Source: a virus (lineage: Duplodnaviria > Caudoviricetes). From it: 26,382 nucleotides of DNA. Below are positions 23,237 to 26,382 of the stretch, piece after piece. The notes under the pieces were generated by a model. It saw only the letters and a list, made by a program, of their open reading frames with translations. It was not told the origin of the DNA and did no database searches. The stretch covers positions 1 to 26,382 of the IMG/VR virus record IMGVR_UViG_3300043580_000045. The stretch is one strand, 5' to 3'. A program made the translations under genes and the position numbers. The stretch's first letter is position 1. The number at the start of each line of letters is the position of its first letter.

Positions 23237-24912
23237 CAATAGCCCCCCTGACTAACCGAGGACACGCACGGCAGCGCATCTAGTCGCATCGATGCGAGGC
23301 GATGCGAGATCGCATCGGACAGTTCACCGCGAGTACCGGAAACCGGGATACGCATCTGCGCAGCGATGTTGAGCTGTCCCTGCGATGGCTCAAGCGAGCG
23401 CCACCGCGCACCCTTGCGCGTGAGCGCCTTGCCCTCAGCCGCGTACTGCTCACCCCAGCTCATCGCCATGGACAGATCCAGTCCCTCGCGCAACCACTCG
23501 CCGCCCTGGCCCTTGGCCGGACACCGAGCGACCGAGTAAGCGCCGGGGTCGCTCGCCGGCGCAAGGAAGATCAACTTATCGCCCGCGCTCAGGAACCACA
23601 CGCCGCGCTCCGTGCGCAACCATGCCTGACGACTCAGTCCAAAGAGATCCACGATCTCGTGAGCGAGCGGCCCGTCAACGCCAGCCTCACGCGGGAACGC
23701 ACCGCCGGTGCCCTCGCTCGTCTCGACCATCTCCAGTAGATCGAGCTCGTCATATTCGGCAAGATCGTCCGGGAGTTTCTCGACGCGGTCCGCGCCCACC
23801 AGGTCCACCACCGAAGCCAACCGATGGCGCCCGGTAACGCCCACCACGTCAAGGATGAGCGCGTCCGCCTTGCCGGGGTAGGGGCGCAGCCCACGACCGG
23901 CCATCTGCACGTACAGCGGCGTGGAGCTGGTCGGGCGCGCGATGACCACCGCGGACGCCCAAGGCGCGTCATAGCCTTCGGTCAAGATCATGCAGTTGTG
24001 TACGACCTGGATCGAGCCGTGCGCGAACTCGCGCAGGATCCGGCGCCGGGCGTCGAGCGGCATCGCGCCGTCAATCGCCGAGCTCGTGATCCCCTCGCCG
24101 TTGAACGCCTCGGCACCTTCGTACGCCATCGCCACGTCCGGCCAGAACGCGATGCCGCGCCGCTGCGCCGCGTGCTCGACGTACGCCCTCGCGACCGCCT
24201 TCGGTGCCAGCGCGGCGTGCATGGCCTCACTCAGCGCGCCATCCCGCCAGTCACCGCGCGAGCGCGCCACCTGCGACAGATCCAGCCCGTCAACCCGCAC
24301 CCGGATTCCCCGCGCGTTGACGAGGTGCCCCTCACGGATCATGTCCACAATGTCCCGCTGATACGCGACGTCCTCCCACACCTGCCCGAGCGCGACCCGA
24401 TCCGAGCGCCCGAGCGTCGCGGTCACGCCGAGCGCGTACGCGCCCACGGCCAAGTCCGCCCCGAAACACCCGAGGTCGCGCAGGACCGTCATGTACGTGT
24501 CGGCCACCGCGTGGTGGCACTCATCCACGATGACCAGGCGCACCCCCGCTGCGACCAGCTCAGCCCGCCGCGCGGCACCGCCCGGACCGCCGAGCGACTG
24601 CACGGACGCCACGATGACGTCCACCCCGGTCACCTCACGCCGCGCGGCCTTGACCACGCCAACCCTCAACCCGGGAGCGACTTGCGCGAGCTTGTCAACA
24701 GCCTGCGACAGCAGCTCGTCGCGATGGACCAGGATCAGCGTCACCACGCCGAGGGAATGCATGGTCGCCACCAGGTGGGCGAAGACCACCGTCTTGCCGG
24801 CGCCGGTCGGGAGCACCACCGCGAGCCGCCGGACGCCCTCCGACCATCCCCGCCGTACCGCCTCGATCGCGGCTGACTGGTAGTCGCGCAGCGCGAGCAT
24901 TCCATTACTCAT
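23233..24912 (-). CDS. SF2 DExH helicase (ResIII/Irc3-like), 559 aa
   Basis: LRDYQ, LPTGAGKT, DECHH, TAT, LTEGYD and QMAGRGLR motifs. Confidence 0.92.
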   Translation of the reverse strand: MSNGMLALRDYQSAAIEAVRRGWSEGVRRLAVVLPTGAGKTVVFAHLVATMHSLGVVTLILVHRDELLSQAVDKLAQVAPGLRVGVVKAARREVTGVDVIVASVQSLGGPGGAARRAELVAAGVRLVIVDECHHAVADTYMTVLRDLGCFGADLAVGAYALGVTATLGRSDRVALGQVWEDVAYQRDIVDMIREGHLVNARGIRVRVDGLDLSQVARSRGDWRDGALSEAMHAALAPKAVARAYVEHAAQRRGIAFWPDVAMAYEGAEAFNGEGITSSAIDGAMPLDARRRILREFAHGSIQVVHNCMILTEGYDAPWASAVVIARPTSSTPLYVQMAGRGLRPYPGKADALILDVVGVTGRHRLASVVDLVGADRVEKLPDDLAEYDELDLLEMVETSEGTGGAFPREAGVDGPLAHEIVDLFGLSRQAWLRTERGVWFLSAGDKLIFLAPASDPGAYSVARCPAKGQGGEWLREGLDLSMAMSWGEQYAAEGKALTRKGARWRSLEPSQGQLNIAAQMRIPVSGTRGELSDAISHRLASMRLDALPCVSSVSQGGYW

Positions 24913-24947
24913 TAGGGTCCCCTAATAATTCGCACGCACTCGAAAAT

Positions 24948-25183
24948 CGCACCCGCTGCGCACCGGTGTGTGTCTTCCAGACACACACCCCCCGGTGCGA
25001 GCAAAGAGGGGAACATTGATGCGACCCGGTGCGTTCGGTGCGTAACCGCAGGTCAGGGCTCGCACCAAACTCGCACCGCGCGCAGCGGTCCCTTTTAACT
25101 CCATTTGTTCCCGGTGCGTTTCCGCAGGTCAGCGGCTCGCACCGACCCGCACCAAAAACACCCCGGTGCGAGGCTCCGGTGCG
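24948..25183. repeat. Iteron-like repeat cluster, putative replication origin
   Basis: Twelve CGCACC/GGTGCG hexamers (six per orientation); GGTGTGTGTCT-TCC-AGACACACACC palindrome at 24965-24989; non-coding gap between two helicase genes. Confidence 0.65.
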
Positions 25184-25197
25184 AGGGCAAATGCGGG

Positions 25198-26382
25198 TCA
25201 TTCGGACACCTCGAAATCGACGCCTGTCGGTTCCACGGGCGGCACACACACGAACCGCTGCGCGCCAGCCACGCGCACAAATCGCCCCATGGACACCAAG
25301 TCATCCCAAGCCTTGCGAAAGCCGCTCTCCGGCATGATTCCGTGGTCGCTACCGTCCGGCCCGCGGCGCGTGCGTTTCAGCGTCTCGGCTTTGAGCTCGG
25401 CTTTACTGGCACCGACCGAGGTGAAAATGTCGAGCATCACGTCGACGAGTACCGCCCGGTTCAGCGGCAGATTCGCGCGCCAGTCAGGCAGCGCGGAACC
25501 ACCGGCCAGGGGAGCGCCGACCACGAGCGACGTACCCCCGCTGTCGAGCGCGGCCACGAACAACTCCAGCTCGACGCGCACGTCATCATCCGCGTGCCTC
25601 GATTTGTCAATCTTGAGCACTACCCGCCGGTCCGCCGTGCGGGTCAGCCGCAACTCCGTGTCCTGCGCGCCGTCGATCGCGGACGCGCCGCGCGCGTCCT
25701 GCCCGTTGCGGCCGATGTGATGCACGACCAGCACGCAGGCACCGGACGCGCGGCGGAGTTGCTCGACGCACTCAACGAACTGCCCCATTGACGAGTTGTC
25801 GTTCTCATCGAGCCCGACCGTGACGCGAGCCTGCGTGTCCACGATGATCATTACCGGCCCGATGCGCCGGCATGCCTCGACTAGCGCGGCCCAGTGCTCC
25901 GGACGCGCGGCCTGAACCGGCATCGGTAGAAAGTGGACTGTGTCCGACATCGGCCCGTTGCGTTGCTCCCACGCTCGGATGCGCGGCCCCATCCCGCCCA
26001 CACCTTCAGCCACCACATAGACGACCGGCCCGCAGGCCACCTCCCGCCCCATCCACGGCCGGCCAGCGCTCACGTGACCGGCCCAGTCCAGCGCCACAAA
26101 GCTCTTGTATGACCCGCTCGCCGCGATGAGCCACGAGGCGCTGTCGAGCGACAGTAGGCCCGTCACGAGCGGCGCTGGCGCGGGCCGGTCACGCAGTTGC
26201 GCGGCGGTGAGCATGCGCGACATGAGCGCATCGGCCAACCCCCCACCCACCCCATAACCCCCCGCCGAATCGTCGTCATCCTCGCCCGAATCCTCGAGTT
26301 TTGTTACCGGCGGGTAACTTAACTCGAGCGGCTCGAAGAGCAGTCCCTCGCCCGCCCACAACCCGCAATCGCACACCTCACG
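25198..26382 (-). CDS. RepA/AAA_25-type helicase domain of a probable primase-helicase; 5' end outside window
   Basis: Walker A AASGSYKSF, VVYVVAEG, Walker B IIVDT, LVVHH.GR, RGASA; frame open to the window edge. Confidence 0.88.
   Translation of the reverse strand, partial: REVCDCGLWAGEGLLFEPLELSYPPVTKLEDSGEDDDDSAGGYGVGGGLADALMSRMLTAAQLRDRPAPAPLVTGLLSLDSASWLIAASGSYKSFVALDWAGHVSAGRPWMGREVACGPVVYVVAEGVGGMGPRIRAWEQRNGPMSDTVHFLPMPVQAARPEHWAALVEACRRIGPVMIIVDTQARVTVGLDENDNSSMGQFVECVEQLRRASGACVLVVHHIGRNGQDARGASAIDGAQDTELRLTRTADRRVVLKIDKSRHADDDVRVELELFVAALDSGGTSLVVGAPLAGGSALPDWRANLPLNRAVLVDVMLDIFTSVGASKAELKAETLKRTRRGPDGSDHGIMPESGFRKAWDDLVSMGRFVRVAGAQRFVCVPPVEPTGVDFEVSE

Noticed and set aside
24948-25183. 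CRISPR array
   Set aside because: Repeats are 6-11 bp, in both orientations and irregularly spaced; no cas genes.

Overview
The window is most of the genome of a compact, high-GC temperate siphophage of an actinobacterium, circularly permuted. Both ends cut minus-strand early genes, so part of the early region is missing. It is in the non-integrated form: an intact attP (3' half of tRNA-Val(CAC) with arm-type repeats on both sides) lies between the tyrosine integrase and further phage genes, and a candidate cos site is also contiguous. Left to right the modules are: early genes, xis and cro; repressor, integrase and attP; a ~3 kb accessory island with its own regulators and operators; lysis; a minimal tail; head; terminase, cos and HNH; SF2 helicase, an iteron-rich origin and an AAA helicase. 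The most striking feature is one 1055-aa ORF fusing portal, HK97-type prohead protease and major capsid protein. It has an in-frame internal RBS/ATG at the start of the capsid part and its own promoter carrying the immunity-region operator motif. A candidate +1 frameshift (GGAGG-N5-TTT-CGA) in the tail chaperone is also notable. All calls come from reading motifs by eye; no database searches were run.
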